Origin: Balanoglossus misakiensis
Lineage: Eukaryota; Animalia; Hemichordata
Assembly (NCBI GenBank): GCA_040954595.2
Contig: CM082576.2
Location: 19,081,028 to 19,145,027 of the forward strand
Length of the DNA: 64,000 nt
Direction: 5' to 3'
The notes beneath the pieces are model-generated. The model was not told the DNA's origin, did not search any database, and saw nothing but the letters and a program-made list of their open reading frames with translations. This document shows, piece by piece, positions 35,101 through 48,200 of the stretch (position 1 is the stretch's first letter; the number at the start of each line of letters is the position of its first letter). The position numbers were made by a program, and so were the translations under genes.

Positions 35101-38100
35101 CGAACCCATGATTTTTTTCAAAAATTGACAACATTTTGAGATTTTGCAAAGTCGAAAATTTGTCATTTTTTGATGATTTTCACCCATGATTTTTTTCAAA
35201 AATCGACGAAATTTTTAGATTTTGCAAAGTCGAAAATTTGTAATTTTTTGATGATTTTTACCCATGATTTTTTTTTTCAAAAATCGACGAAATTTTGAGA
35301 TTTTGCAAAGACGAAAATTTGTAATTTTTTGATGATTTTCACCCATGACTTTTTTTCAAAAATTTACGAAATTTTGAGATTTTGCAAAGTCGAAAATTTG
35401 TCAGTTTTTGATGATTTTCACCCATGTTTTTTTTTCAAAAATCGACGAAATTTTGAGATTTTGCAAATTCGAAAATTTGTAATTTTTTGATGATTTTCAC
35501 CCATGTTTTTTTTCAAAAATCAACGAACCCATGATTTTTTTTCAAAAATCAACGAACCCATGATTTTTTTTCAAAAAAGGACAAAATTTTGAGATTTTGC
35601 AAAGTCGAAAATTTGTCATTTTTTGATGATTTTCACCCATGATTTTTTTTCAAAAATCGACGAAATTTTGAGATTTTGCAAAGTCAAAAATTTGTCATTT
35701 ATTAATGATTTTCACCCATGATTATTTTTCAAAAATCGACAAAATTTTGAGATTTTGCAAAGTCGAAAATTTGTAATTTTTTGATGATTTTCACCCATGT
35801 TGTTTTTCAAAATTGAACGAACCCATGATTTTTTTCAAAAATCGACGAAATTTTGAGATTTTGCAAAGTCGAAAATTTGTCATTTTTTGATGATTTTCAC
35901 CCATGATTTTTTTCAAAAATCGACAAAATTTTTAGATTTTGCAAAGTCGAAAATTTGTCATTTTTTGATTATTTTCACCCATGATTTTTTTCAAAAATCG
36001 ACAAAATTTTTAGATTTTGCAAAGTCGAAAATTTGTCATTTTTTGATTATTTTCACCATGATTTTTTTTTTAAAAATCGACGAAATTTTGAGATTTTGCA
36101 AAGACGAAAATTTGTCATTTTTTGATGATTTTCACCAATGATTTTTTTTCAAAAATGTACGAAATTTTGAGATTTTGCAAAGTCGAAAATTTGTCATTTT
36201 TTGATGATTTTCACCAATGATTTTTTTTCAAAAATGTACGAAATTTTGAGATTTTGCAAAGTCGAAAATTTGTCATTTTTTGATGATTTTCACCCATGAT
36301 TTTTTTCAAAAATCGACAAAATTTTGAGATTTTGCAAAGACGAAAATTTGTCATTTTTTGATGATTTTCACCCATGATTTTTTTCAAAAGTCGACGAAAT
36401 TTTGAGATTTTGCAAAGTCGAAAATTTTTCATTTTTTGATGATTTTCACCCATGATTTTTTTCAAAAATCTACGAAATTTTGAGATTTTGCAAAGTCGAA
36501 AATTTGTCATTTTTTGATGATTTTCACCCGTGATTTTTTTCCAAAATCGACAAAATTTTGAGATTTTGCAAAGTCGAAAATTTGTCATTTTTTGATGATT
36601 TTCACCCATGATTTTTCTCAAAAATCGACGAAATTTTGAGATTTTGCAAAGTCGAAAATTTTTCATTTTTTGATGATTTTCACCCATGATTTTTTTCAAA
36701 AATCTACGAAATTTTGAGATTTTGCAAAGTCGAAAATTTGTCATTTTTTGATGATTTTCACCCATGATTTTTTTCAAAAATCGACGAAATTTTGAGATTT
36801 TGCAAATTCGAAAATTTGTAATTTTTTGATGATTTTCACCAATGTTTTTTTTTAAAAATCAACGAACCCATGATTTTTTTCAAAAATTGACAACATTTTG
36901 AGATTTTGCAAAGTCGAAAATTTGTCATTTTTTGATGATTTTCACCCATGATTTTTTTCAAAAATCGACGAAATTTTTAGATTTTGCAAAGTCGAAAATT
37001 TGTAATTTTTTGATGATTTTTACCCATGATTTTTTTTTTCAAAAATCGACGAAATTTTGAGATTTTGCAAAGACGAAAATTTGTAATTTTTTGATGATTT
37101 TCACCCATGACTTTTTTTCAAAAATTTACGAAATTTTGAGATTTTGCAAAGTCGAAAATTTGTCAGTTTTTGATGATTTTCACCCATGTTTTTTTTTCAA
37201 AAATCGACGAAATTTTGAGATTTTGCAAATTCGAAAATTTGTAATTTTTTGATGATTTTCACCCATGTTTTTTTTCAAAAATCAACGAACCCATGATTTT
37301 TTTTCAAAAATCAACGAACCCATGATTTTTTTTCAAAAAAGGACAAAATTTTGAGATTTTGCAAAGTCGAAAATTTGTCATTTTTTGATGATTTTCACCC
37401 ATGATTTTTTTTCAAAAATCGACGAAATTTTGAGATTTTGCAAAGTCAAAAATTTGTCATTTATTAATGATTTTCACCCATGATTATTTTTCAAAAATCG
37501 ACAAAATTTTGAGATTTTGCAAAGTCGAAAATTTGTAATTTTTTGATGATTTTCACCCATGTTGTTTTTCAAAATTGAACGAACCCATGATTTTTTTCAA
37601 AAATCGACGAAATTTTGAGATTTTGCAAAGTCGAAAATTTGTCATTTTTTGATGATTTTCACCCATGATTTTTTTCAAAAATCGACAAAATTTTTAGATT
37701 TTGCAAAGTCGAAAATTTGTCATTTTTTGATTATTTTCACCCATGATTTTTTTCAAAAATCGACAAAATTTTTAGATTTTGCAAAGTCGAAAATTTGTCA
37801 TTTTTTGATTATTTTCACCATGATTTTTTTTTTAAAAATCGACGAAATTTTGAGATTTTGCAAAGACGAAAATTTGTCATTTTTTGATGATTTTCACCAA
37901 TGATTTTTTTTCAAAAATGTACGAAATTTTGAGATTTTGCAAAGTCGAAAATTTGTCATTTTTTGATGATTTTCACCCATGATTTTTTTCAAAAATCGAC
38001 AAAATTTTGAGATTTTGCAAAGACGAAAATTTGTCATTTTTTGATGATTTTCACCCATGATTTTTTTCAAAAGTCGACGAAATTTTGAGATTTTGCAAAG

Positions 38101-41100
38101 TCGAAAATTTTTCATTTTTTGATGATTTTCACCCATGATTTTTTTCAAAAATCTACGAAATTTTGAGATTTTGCAAAGTCGAAAATTTGTCATTTTTTGA
38201 TGATTTTCACCCGTGATTTTTTTCCAAAATCGACAAAATTTTGAGATTTTGCAAAGTCGAAAATTTGTCATTTTTTGATGATTTTCACCCATGATTTTTC
38301 TCAAAAATCGACGAAATTTTGAGATTTTGCAAAGTCGAAAATTTTTCATTTTTTGATGATTTTCACCCATGATTTTTTTCAAAAATCTACGAAATTTTGA
38401 GATTTTGCAAAGTCGAAAATTTGTCATTTTTTGATGATTTTCACCCGTGATTTTTTTCAAAAATCAACGAAATTTTTAGATTTTGCAAATTCGAAAATTT
38501 GTAATTTTTTGATGATTTTCACCCATGTTTTTTTTCAAAAATCAACGAACCCATAATTTTTTTTCAAAAATCGACGAAATTTTGAGATTTTGCAAAGACG
38601 AAAATTTGTAATTTTTTGATGATTTTCACCCATGACTTTTTTTCAAAAATTTACGAAATTTTGAGATTTTGCAAAGTCGAAAATTTGTCATTTTTTGATG
38701 ATTTTCACCCATGATTTTTCTCAAAAATCGACGAAATTTTGAGATTTTGTAAAGTCGAAAATTTGTCATTTTTTGATGATTTTCACCCATGATTTTTTTT
38801 CAAAAATTGACGAAATTTTGAGATTTTGCAAAGTCGAAAATTTGTCATTTATTAATGATTTTCACCCATGATTTTTTTTTCAAAAATAGACAAAATTTTG
38901 AGATTTTGCAAAGTCGAACATTTGTAATTTTTTGATGATTTTCACCCATGTTTTTTTTCAAAAATCAACGAACCCATGATTTTTTTTCAAAAGAGGACAA
39001 AATTTTGAGATTTTGCAAAGTCGAAAATTTGTCATTTTTTGATGATTTTCACCCATGATTTTTTTCAAAAATCGAAATTTTGAGATTTTGCAAAGTCGAA
39101 AATTTGTCATTTTTTGATGATTTTCACCCATGATTTTTTTTCAAAAATCGACGAAATTTTGAGATTTTGCAAAGTCGAAAATTTGTCATTTTTGATGATT
39201 TTCACCCATGATTTTTTTCAAAAATCGACAAAATTTTTAGATTTTGCAAAGTCGAAAATTTGTCATTTTTTGATTATTTTCACCCATGATTTTTTTCAAA
39301 AATCGACAAAATTTAGAGATTTTGCAAAGTCGAAAATTTGTCATTTCTTAATGATTTTCACCTATGTTTTTTTTTCCAAAATCGACAAAATTTTGAGATT
39401 TTGCAAAGTCGAAAATTTGTAATTTTTTGATGATTTTCACCAATGTTTTTTTTAAAAAATCAACGAACCCATGATTTTTTTCAAAAATTGACAACATTTT
39501 GAAATTTTGCAAAGTCGAAAATTTGTCATTTTTTGATGATTTTCACTCATGATTTTTCTCAAAAATCGACGAAATTTTGAGATTTTGCAAAGTCGAAAAT
39601 TTTTCATTTTTTGATGATTTTCACCCATGATTTTTTTCAAAAATCTACGAAATTTTTAGATTTTGCAAAGTCGAAAATTTGTCATTTTTTGATGATTTTC
39701 ACCCATGATTTTTTTCAAAAATCGACGAAATTTTGAGATTTTGCAAATTCGAAAATTTGTAATTTTTTGATGATTTTCACCAATGTTTTTTTTTAAAAAT
39801 CAACGAACCCATGATTTTTTTCAAAAATTGACAACATTTTGAGATTTTGCAAAGTCGAAAATTTGTCATTTTTTGATGATTTTCACCCATGATTTTTCTC
39901 AAAAATCGACGAAATTTTGAGATTTTGCAAAGTCGAAAATTTTTCATTTTTTGATGATTTTCACCAATGTTTTTTTTTAAAAATCAACGAACCCATGATT
40001 TTTTTCAAAAATTGACAACATTTTGAGATTTTGCAAAGTCGAAAATTTGTCATTTTTTGATGATTTTCACCCATGATTTTTCTCAAAAATCGACGAAATT
40101 TTGAGATTTTGCAAAGTCGAAAATTTTTCATTTTTTGATGATTTTCACCCATGATTTTTTTCAAAAATCTACGAAATTTTGAGATTTTGCAAAGTCGAAA
40201 ATTTGTCATTTTTTGATGATTTTCACCCGTGATTTTTTTCAAAAATCAAAGAAATTTTGAGATTTTGCAAATTCGAAAATTTGTAATTTTTTGATGATTT
40301 TCACCCATGTTTTTTTTCAAAAATCAACGAACCCATGATTTTTTTTCAAAAATCGACGAAATTTTGAGATTTTGCAAAGACGAAAATTTGTAATTTTTTG
40401 ATGATTTTCACCCATGACTTTTTTCAAAAATTTACGAAATTTTGAGATTTTGCAAAGTCGAAAATTTGTCATTTTTTGATGATTTTCACCCATGATTTTT
40501 CTCAAAAATCGACGAAATTTTGAGATTTTGTAAAGTCGAAAATTTGTAATTTTTTGATGATTTTCACCCATGTTTTTTTTCAAAAATCAACGAACCCATG
40601 ATTTTTTTTCAAAAGAGGACAAAATTTTGAGATTTTGCAAAGTCGAAAATTTGTCATTTTTTGATGATTTTCACCCATGATTTTTTTCAAAAATCGAAAT
40701 TTTGAGATTTTGCAAAGTCGAAAATTTGTCATTTTTTGATGATTTTCACCCAAGACTTTTTTTCAAAAATTTACGAAATTTTGAGATTTTGCAAAGTCGA
40801 AAATTTGTCATTTTTTGATGATTTTCACCCATGTTTTTTTTTTTCAAAAATCGACGAAATTTTGAGATTTTGCAAATTCGAAAATTTGTAATTTTTTGAT
40901 GATTTTCACCCATGTTTTTTTTCAAAAATCAACGAACCCATGATTTTTTTTCAAAAGAGGACAACATTTTGAGATTTTGCAAAGTCGAAAATTTGTCATT
41001 TTTTGATGATTTTCACCCATGATTTTTTTCAAAAATCGACGAAATTTTGAGATTTTGCAAAGTCGAAAATTTGTCATTTTTTGATGATTTTCACCCATGA

Positions 41101-44100
41101 TTTTTTTCAAAAATCGACGAAATTTTGAGATTTTGCAAAGTCGAAAATTTGTCATTTTTGATGATTTTCACCCATGATTTTTTTCAAAAATCGACGAAAT
41201 TTTGAGATTTTGCAAAGTCGAAAATTTGTAATTTTTTGATGATTTTCACCCATGTTTTTTTTCAAAATTGAACGAACCTATGATTTTTTTCAAAAATCTA
41301 CGAAATTTTGAGATTTTGCAAAGTCGAAAATTTGTCATTTTTTGATGATTTTCACCCATGACTTTTTTTCAAAAATTTACGAAATTTTGAGATTTTGCAA
41401 AGTCGAAAATTTGTCATTTTTTGATGATTTTCACCCATGATTTTTCTCAAAAATCGACGAAATTTTGAGATTTTGTAAAGTCGAAAATTTGTCATTTTTT
41501 GATGATTTTCACCCATGATTTTTTTTCAAAAATTGACGAAATTTTGAGATTTTGCAAAGTCGAAAATTTGTCATTTATTAATGATTTTCACCCATGATTT
41601 TTTTTTCAAAAATAGACAAAATTTTGAGATTTTGCAAAGTCGAACATTTGTAATTTTTTGATGATTTTCACCCATGTTTTTTTTCAAAAATCAACGAACC
41701 CATGATTTTTTTTCAAAAGAGGACAAAATTTTGAGATTTTGCAAAGTCGAAAATTTGTCATTTTTTGATGATTTTCACCCATGATTTTTTTCAAAAATCG
41801 AAATTTTGAGATTTTGCAAAGTCGAAAATTTGTCATTTTTTGATGATTTTCACCCATGATTTTTTTTCAAAAATCGACGAAATTTTGAGATTTTGCAAAG
41901 TCGAAAATTTGTCATTTTTGATGATTTTCACCCATGATTTTTTTCAAAAATCGACAAAATTTTTAGATTTTGCAAAGTCGAAAATTTGTCATTTTTTGAT
42001 GATTTTCACCATGATTTTTTCTTAAAAATCGACGAAATTTTGAGATTTTGCAAAGACGAAAATTTGTCATTTTTTGATGATTTTCACCCATGTTTTTTTT
42101 CAAAAATCAACGAACCCATGATTTTTTTTCAAAAAAGGACAAAATTTTGAGATTTTGCAAAGTCGAAAATTTGTCATTTTTTGATGATTTTCACCCATGA
42201 TTTTTTTCAAAAATCGACGAAATTTTGAGATTTTGCAAAGTCGAAAATTTGTCATTTTTTGATGATTTTCACCCAAGACTTTTTTTCAAAAATTTACGAA
42301 ATTTTGAGATTTTGCAAAGTCGAAAATTTGTCATTTTTTGATGATTTTCACCCATGTTTTTTTTTTTTCAAAAATCGACGAAATTTTGAGATTTTGCAAA
42401 TTCGAAAATTTGTAATTTTTTGATGATTTTCACCCATGTTTTTTTTCAAAAATCAACGAACCCATGATTTTTTTTCAAAAGAGGACAACATTTTGAGATT
42501 TTGCAAAGTCGAAAATTTGTCATTTTTTGATGATTTTCACCCATGATTTTTTTCAAAAATCGACGAAATTTTGAGATTTTGCAAAGTCGAAAATTTGTCA
42601 TTTTTTGATGATTTTCACCCATGATTTTTTTCAAAAATCGACGAAATTTTGAGATTTTGCAAAGTCGAAAATTTGTCATTTTTTGATGATTTTCACCCAA
42701 GATTTTTTTCAAAAATCGACGAAATTTTGAGATTTTGCAAAGTCGAAAATTTGTAATTTTTTGATGATTTTCACCCATGTTTTTTTTCAAAATTGAACGA
42801 ACCCATGATTTTTTTCAAAAATCGACGAAATTTTGAGATTTTGCAAAGTCGAAAATTTGTCATTTTTTGATGATTTTCACCCATGATTTTTTTCAAAAAT
42901 CGACAAAATTTTTAGATTTTGCAAAGTCGAAAATTTGTCATTTTTTGATGATTTTCACCCATGTTTTTTTTTTAAAAATCGACGAAATTTTGAGATTTTG
43001 CAAAGACGAAAATTTGTCATTTTTTGATGATTTTCACCCATGTTTTTTTTTCAAAAATCAACGAACCCATGATTTTTTTTTCAAAAAAGGACAAAATTTT
43101 GAGATTTTGCAAAGTCGAAAATTTGTCATTTATTAATGATTTTCACCCATGATTTTTTTTCAAAAATCGACAAAATTTTGAGATTTTGCAAAGTCGAAAA
43201 TTTGTAATTTTTTGATGATTTTCACCCATGTTTTTTTTCAAAATTGAACGAACCCATGATTTTTTTCAAAAATCGACGAAATTTTGAGATTTTGCAAAGT
43301 CGAAAATTTGTCATTTATTAATGATTTTCACCCATGATTTTTTTTCAAAAATCGACAAAATTTTGAGATTTTGCAAAGTCGAAAATTTGTCATTTTTTGA
43401 TGATTTTCACCCATGATTTTTTTCAAAAATCTGCGAAATTTTGAGATTTTGCAAAGTCGAAAATTTGTCATTTATTAATGATTTTCACCCATGATTTTTT
43501 TCAAAAATCGACGAAATTTGAGATTTTGCAAATTCGAAAATTTGTAATTTTTTAATGATTTTCACCCTTTTTTTTCAAAAATCAACGAACCCATGATTTT
43601 TTTTCAAAAATCGACAAAATTTTGAGATTTTGCAAAGTCGAAAATTTGTAATTTTTTGATGATTTTCACCCATGTTTTTTTTCAAAATTGAACGAACCCA
43701 TGATTTTTTTCAAAAATCGACGAAATTTTGAGATTTTGCAAAGTCGAAAATTTGTCATTTTTTGATGATTTTCACCCATGATTTTTTTCAAAAATCGACA
43801 AAATTTTTAGATTTTGCAAAGTCGAAAATTTGTCATTTTTTGATTATTTTCACCCATGATTTTTTTCAAAATTGAACGAACCCATGATTTTTTTCAAAAA
43901 TCGACAAAATTTTTAGATTTTGCAAAGTCGAAAATTTGTAATTTTTTGATGATTTTCACCCATGTTTTTTTTCAAAAATCAACGAACCCATGATTTTTTT
44001 TCAAAAGAGGACAAAATTTTGAGATTTTGCAAAGTCGAAAATTTGTCATTTTTTGATGATTTTCACCCATGATTTTTTTCAAAAATCGACGAAATTTTGA

Positions 44101-45203
44101 GATTTTGCAAAGTCGAAAATTTGTCATTTTTTGATGATTTTCACCCATGATTTTTTTCAAAAATCGACAAAATTTTTAGATTTTGCAAAGTCGAAAATTT
44201 GTCATTTTTTGATTATTTTTACCCATGATTTTTTTCAAAAATCGACAAAATTTTTAGATTTTGCAAAGTCGAAAATTTGTCATTTTTTGATGATTTTCAC
44301 CATGATTTTTTTTTAAAAATCGACGAAATTTTAAGATTTTGCAAAGACGAAAATTTGTCATTTTTTGATGATTTTCACCCATGTTTTTTTTCAAAAATCA
44401 ACGAACCCATGATTTTTTTTCAAAAAAGGACAAAATTTTGAGATTTTGCAAAGTCGAAAATTTGTCATTTTTTGATGATTTTCACCCATGATTTTTCTCA
44501 AAAATCGACGAAATTTTGAGATTTTGGAAAGTCGAAAATTTGTCATTTTTTGATGATTTTCACCCATGATTTTTTTTCAAAAAATGACGAAATTTTGAGA
44601 TTTTACAAAGTCGAAAATTTGTCATTTATTAATGATTTTCACCCATGATTTTTTTTTCAAAAATAGACAAAATTTTGAGATTTTGCAAAGTCGAAAATTT
44701 GTAATTTTTTGATGATTTTCACCCGTTTTTTTCAAAATTGAACGAACCCATGATTTTTTTCAAAAATCGACGAAATTTTTAGATTTTGCAAAGTCGAAAA
44801 TTTGTCATTTTTTGATGATTTTCACCCATGATTTTTTTCAAAAATCGACGAAATTTTAAGATTTTGCAAAGTCGAAAATTTGTCATTTTTTGATGATTTT
44901 CACCCAAGACTTTTTTTCCAAAATTTACGAAATTTTGAGATTTTGCAAAGTCGAAAATTTGTCATTTTTTGATGATTTTCACCCATGTTTTTTTTTTTCA
45001 AAAATCGACGAAATATTGAGATTTTGCAAATTCGAAAATTTGTAATTTTTTGATGATTTTCGCCCATGTTTTTTTTTTCAAAAATCAACGAACCCATGAT
45101 TTTTTTTCAAAAGAGGACAACATTTTGAGATTTTGCAAAGTCGAAAATTTGTCATTTTTTGATGATTTTCACCCGTTTTTTTCAAAATTGAACGAACCCA
45201 TGA
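32120..45203 (-). repeat. 13-kb 78-bp satellite array, reverse orientation, variant set B
   Basis: Uninterrupted monomers. Variants TTGAACGAACCC, TCATTTATTAATG, TTTTTAGA, GATTATTTTC and AAGGACAAAA recur in blocks. Confidence 0.97.
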
Positions 45204-45204
45204 T

Positions 45205-48200
45205 TCATGGGTTCGTTCAATTTTGAAAAAAAAACGGGTGAAAATCATCAAAAAATGACACATTTTCGTCTTTGCAAAATCTCAAAATTTCGTCCATTTC
45301 TGAAAAAAAATTATGGGTAAAAATCATCAAAAATGACAAATTTTCATCTTTGCAAAATCTCAAATTTTCGTCGATTTTTGAAAACAAATCATGGTTGAAA
45401 ATCATCAAAAAATGACAAATTTTCCTCTTTGCAAAATCTCAAAATTTCGTCGATTTTTGAAAAAAATCATGGGGGAAAATCATGAAAAAATGACAAATTT
45501 TCCTCTTTGCAAAATCTCAAAATTTCGTCGATTTTTAAAAAAAGACATGGGTGAAAATCATCAAAAAATAACAAATTTTCGACTTTGCAAAATCTCAAAA
45601 TTTCGTCCATTTTTGAAAAAAAATCATGGGTAAAAATCATCAAAAAATGACAAATTTTGAAAAGAAAACGGGTGAAAATCATCAAAAAATGACACATTTT
45701 CGACTTTGCAAAATCTCAAAATTTCGTCGATTTTTGAAAAAAAATCATGGGTGAAAATCATCAAAAAATGACAAATATTCGTCTTTGCAAAATCTCAAAA
45801 TTTCGTCCATTTCTGAAACAAAATTATGGGTAAAAATCATCAAAAATGACAAATTTTCATCTTTGCAAAATCTCAAAATTTCGTCGAGTTTTGAAAAAAA
45901 TCATGGGGGAAAATCATGAAAAAATGACAAATTTTCCTCTTTGCAAAATCTCAAAATTTCGTCGATTTTTAAAAAAAGACATGGGTGAAAATCATCAAAA
46001 AATAACAAATTTTCGACTTTGCAAAATCTCAAAATTTCGTCCATTTTTGAAAAAAAATCATGGGTAAAAATCATCAAAAAATGACAAATTTTGAAAAAAA
46101 AACGGGTGAAAATCATCAAAAAATGACACATTTTCGACTTTGCAAAATCTCAAAATTTCGTCGATTTTTGAAAAAAAATCATGGGTGAAAATCATCAAAA
46201 AATGACAAATTTTCGTCTTTGCAAAATCTCAAATTTTTTCCATTTCTGAAAAAAAATTATGGGTAAAAATCATCAAAAATGACAAATTTTCATCTTTGCA
46301 AAATCTCAAATTTTTGTCGATTTTTGAAAAAAATCATGGTTGAAAATCATCAAAAAATGACAAAATTTTCGACTTTGCAAAATCTCAAAATTTCGTCGAC
46401 TTTTGAAAAAAATCATGGGGGAAAATCATGAAAAAATGACAAATTTTCCTCTTTGCAAAATCTCAAAATTTCGTCGATTTTTGAAAAAAAATCATGGGTG
46501 AAAATCATCAAAAAATGACAAATTTTCGTCTTTGCAAAATCTCAAATTTTCGTCGATTTTTGAAAAAAAAATCATGGTTGAAAATCATCAAAAAATGACA
46601 AAATTTTCGACTTTGTAAAATCACAAAATTTCGTCGATTTTGAAAAAAATCATAGGTTCGTCGATTTTTTAAAAAAAAACATGGGTGAAAATCATCAAAA
46701 AATGACAAATTTTGAAAAAAAAAACGGGTGAAAATCATCAAAAAATGACACATTTTCGACTTTGCAAAATCTCAAAATTTCGTCGATTTTTGAAAAAAAA
46801 CGGGTGAAAATCATCAAAAAATGACAAATTTTGAAAAAAAAACGGGTGAAAATCATGAAAAAATGACACATTTTCGACTTTGTAAAATCACAAAATTTCG
46901 TCGATTTTGAAAAAAATCATAGGTTCGTCGATTTTAAAAAAAAAAACATGGGTGAAAATCATCAAAAAATGACAAATTTTGAAAAAAAAACGGGTGAAAA
47001 TCATCAAAAAATGACACATTTACGACTTTGCAAAATCTCAAAATTTCGTCGATTTTTGAAAAAAAATCATGGGTGAAAATCATCAAAAAATGACAAATTT
47101 TTGACTTTGCAAAATCTCAAAATTTCGTCCATTTCTGAAAAAAAATTATGGGTAAAAATCATCAAAAATGACAAATTTTCATCTTTGCAAAATCTCAAAT
47201 TTTCGTCGATTTTTGAAAAAAAAAATCATGGTTGAAAATCATCAAAAAATGACAAATTTTCCTCTTTGCAAAATCTCAAAATTTCGTAGATTTTTGAAAA
47301 AAAATCATGGGTGAAAATCATCAAAAAATGACAAATTTTCGTCTTTGCAAAATCTCAAAATTTCGTCCATTTTTGAAAAAAAAATCATGGGTAAAATCAT
47401 CAAAAATGACAAATTTTCGTCTTTGCAAAATCTCAAATTTTCGTCGATTTTTGAAAAAAAATCATGGTTGAAAATCATCAAAAAATGACAAAATTTTCGA
47501 CTTTGTAAAATCACAAAATTTCGTCGATTTTGAAAAAAATCATAGGTTCGTCGATTTTTTAAAAAAAAACATGGGTGAAAATCATCAAAAAATGACAAAT
47601 TTAAAAAAAAAACGGGTGAAAATCATCAAAAAATGACACATTTACGACTTTGCAAAATCTCAAAATTTCGTCGATTTTTGAAAAAAAATCATGGGTGAAA
47701 ATCATCAAAAAATGACAAATTTTCGTCTTTGCAAAATCTCAAAATTTCGTCCATTTCTGAAAAAAAATTAAGGGTAAAAATCATCAAAAATGACAAATTT
47801 TCATCTTTGCAAAATCTCAAATTTTCGTCGATTTTTGAAAAAAAAATCATGGTTGGAAATCATCAAAAAATGACAAATTTTCCTCTTTGCAAAATCTCAA
47901 AATTTCGTCCATTTTTGAAAAAAAAATCATGGGTAAAAATCATCAAAAATGACAAATTTTCGTCTTTGCAAAATCTCAAATTTTCGTCGATTTTTGAAAA
48001 AAAATCATGGTTGAAAATCATCAAAAAATGACAAAATTTACGACTTTGTAAAATCACAAAATTTCGTCGATTTTGAAAAAAATCATAGGTTCGTCGATTT
48101 TTTAAAAAAAAACATGGGTGAAAATCATCAAAAAATGACAAATTTAAAAAAAAAACGGGTGAAAATCATCAAAAAATGACACATTTACGACTTTGCAAAA

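Noticed and set aside
46770-46810. CENP-B box-like TTCG...CGGG
   Set aside because: The spacing between TTCG and CGGG is far longer than in the 17-bp CENP-B box.
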